A DNA stretch of 50,509 nt, filler included, from Sphacelaria rigidula (Eukaryota), in the NCBI GenBank assembly GCA_964200075.2. It is 2 parts of 2 records of this genome, joined end to end, with 100 filler letters (N's around TTAATTAATTAA, not from the genome) between each part and the next. Parts side by side here need not be neighbours in the genome. Positions count along the whole stretch, not along the records: positions 25,309 to 50,509 come from CAXNAA020000174.1; 1 more part is not named here. One strand, 5' to 3'. The notes beneath the pieces are model-generated. The model was not told the origin of the DNA. It searched no databases and saw nothing but the letters and a program-made list of their open reading frames with translations. The first letter of the stretch is position 1, and each line of letters opens with the position of its first letter. Positions 49,601-50,509 of the stretch are shown piece by piece. A program made the position numbers and the translations under genes.

Positions 49601-50248
49601 GCTCCAGCCTGGAGAACACTGGGTACAACAAAGTCGCGCTGGTGTAAGCTCTAAGAAATGATAGCGTCCCGCGTGATATTACATGCTCACGCATCACAAC
49701 AGAACATGTAAATTGCGGGGTTTGCGACGTGGCCTGCAGCAGCTCCTCTCCAGCATGATGTGCGATACCTCTTGGACGATTTTCACAAGATGACTCACCT
49801 CAAGAAATTCCGCGGTTCCCAAAATTCCGTTCACGACACCATATCTGCACCTTCGCCACCTACCCCAACACCACCGCGCGTGCTCCGGCTGACCTGCCCC
49901 CTCGATTCATCAATTTGCTTTTTTTTTTATCGTGTTTTTTGCGCAAAACAGGTTGAACCGACATCAAGCCCTCCCTTGTCCGCCGAATCCGGTAATGTCC
50001 CACCAGAAGCGCAAACGCGGACGACGGAAGAGGAGGAGGCGGCAGCCTCGGAAGCAGCGGCAGCAGTGCAACCCCGACGGAAGTCAGTGGGTTCATCCGA
50101 TGAAGCGGCCGCGGGGGGCGGCACGGGAGGCAAGGTGAAAGGAGCGGCGCAAAAGCAAAGTCGGGCCTGCATGGCGGCGGCGTCGGCGGTGTTGCAGCAG
50201 CTACACACGCGTGTGCTCAGTGAGGAGGAGATGACCATGCTCGACAAG
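43649..50248 (+). CDS. PHD-finger / AP2-domain chromatin regulator, exons 43649-43817, 44502-44605, 45353-45557, 46378-46637, 47582-49453, 49952-50248 (3' end probably beyond the window)
   Basis: PHD1 is [29 protein letters not shown]...WSCQFC. AP2/ERF is YRGVHW...LGKFASADEAARCYD...AKLNFP. The UHRF1-like PHD2 is CAFCQDD..CPLCSCRACFGKQDPHLALLCE|HCDDEYHTYCLNPPL..WYCDNC, followed by a long Ala/Gly/Ser-rich tail with basic clusters. Splice phases are mutually consistent. Confidence 0.85.
45797..45840. repeat. Compound (CAT)n(CAA)n microsatellite in an intron
   Basis: Directly visible. Other microsatellites: (GT)n ~44107-44125, (TA)n ~45287-45306 and ~23702-23724. Confidence 0.85.
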
Positions 50249-50464
50249 GTGGGGAAAGTGAAGGGTTTGATCTGACGTCTTTTCTTGGGTGTTGTATCCT
50301 GTTTCTGCTCATTGTTGTACGAGTTGTCTAGTTTTATTCGTGTGAATGTTCGGTCTGTGGCTGTATTTTCTCATTGCAATATTCATGAGAGGCATCCTTC
50401 TTCTACTTCATTCCAGGAGAACGTTGTGTATCGGTGCCAACATAATATACATCGATATAGCCGC

Positions 50465-50509
50465 GCCCCGGTGGTGTAATGGTCCGACTGTCGCCATTAG
50501 GGTGGAGAG
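50465..50509 (+). other. tRNA-like 5' half (tRNA gene or tRNA-derived SINE head), cut by window end
   Basis: GCCCCGG TGGTGTAATGGT gives a Pol III A-box-like motif, followed by a TCGCC/GGTGG stem. The B-box is not visible. Confidence 0.3.

Overview
Eukaryotic nuclear DNA, most likely from a brown alga (Phaeophyceae), judged from the EsV-1-7 repeat gene, intron-rich genes and TTAGGG-like motifs. The left half (1-25.2 kb) is a repeat- and transposon-rich accessory region. It holds hAT-like and TGT...ACA MITEs, duplicated decayed segments, a ~270-bp foldback, a decayed LTR retroelement with 352-bp LTRs, and a 237-bp hairpin-containing tandem repeat. It also holds an intronless ORF made of ~18 tandem 38-aa EsV-1-7 (C-x4-C-x16-C-x2-H) repeats whose variation is concentrated at a few positions. 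After a 100-bp assembly spacer, the right half contains a complete 4-exon 60S ribosomal protein L37a (eL43) gene on the minus strand. Head-to-head with it lies a long multi-exon chromatin-regulator gene on the plus strand (ENT-like, PHD, AP2/ERF, UHRF1-type PHD, long disordered tail) that probably continues past the window. The best candidates for novelty are the EsV-1-7 array as a possible modular, code-bearing nucleic-acid-binding repeat protein, and the ENT-PHD-AP2-PHD architecture. All domain calls are by eye and need HMM confirmation.
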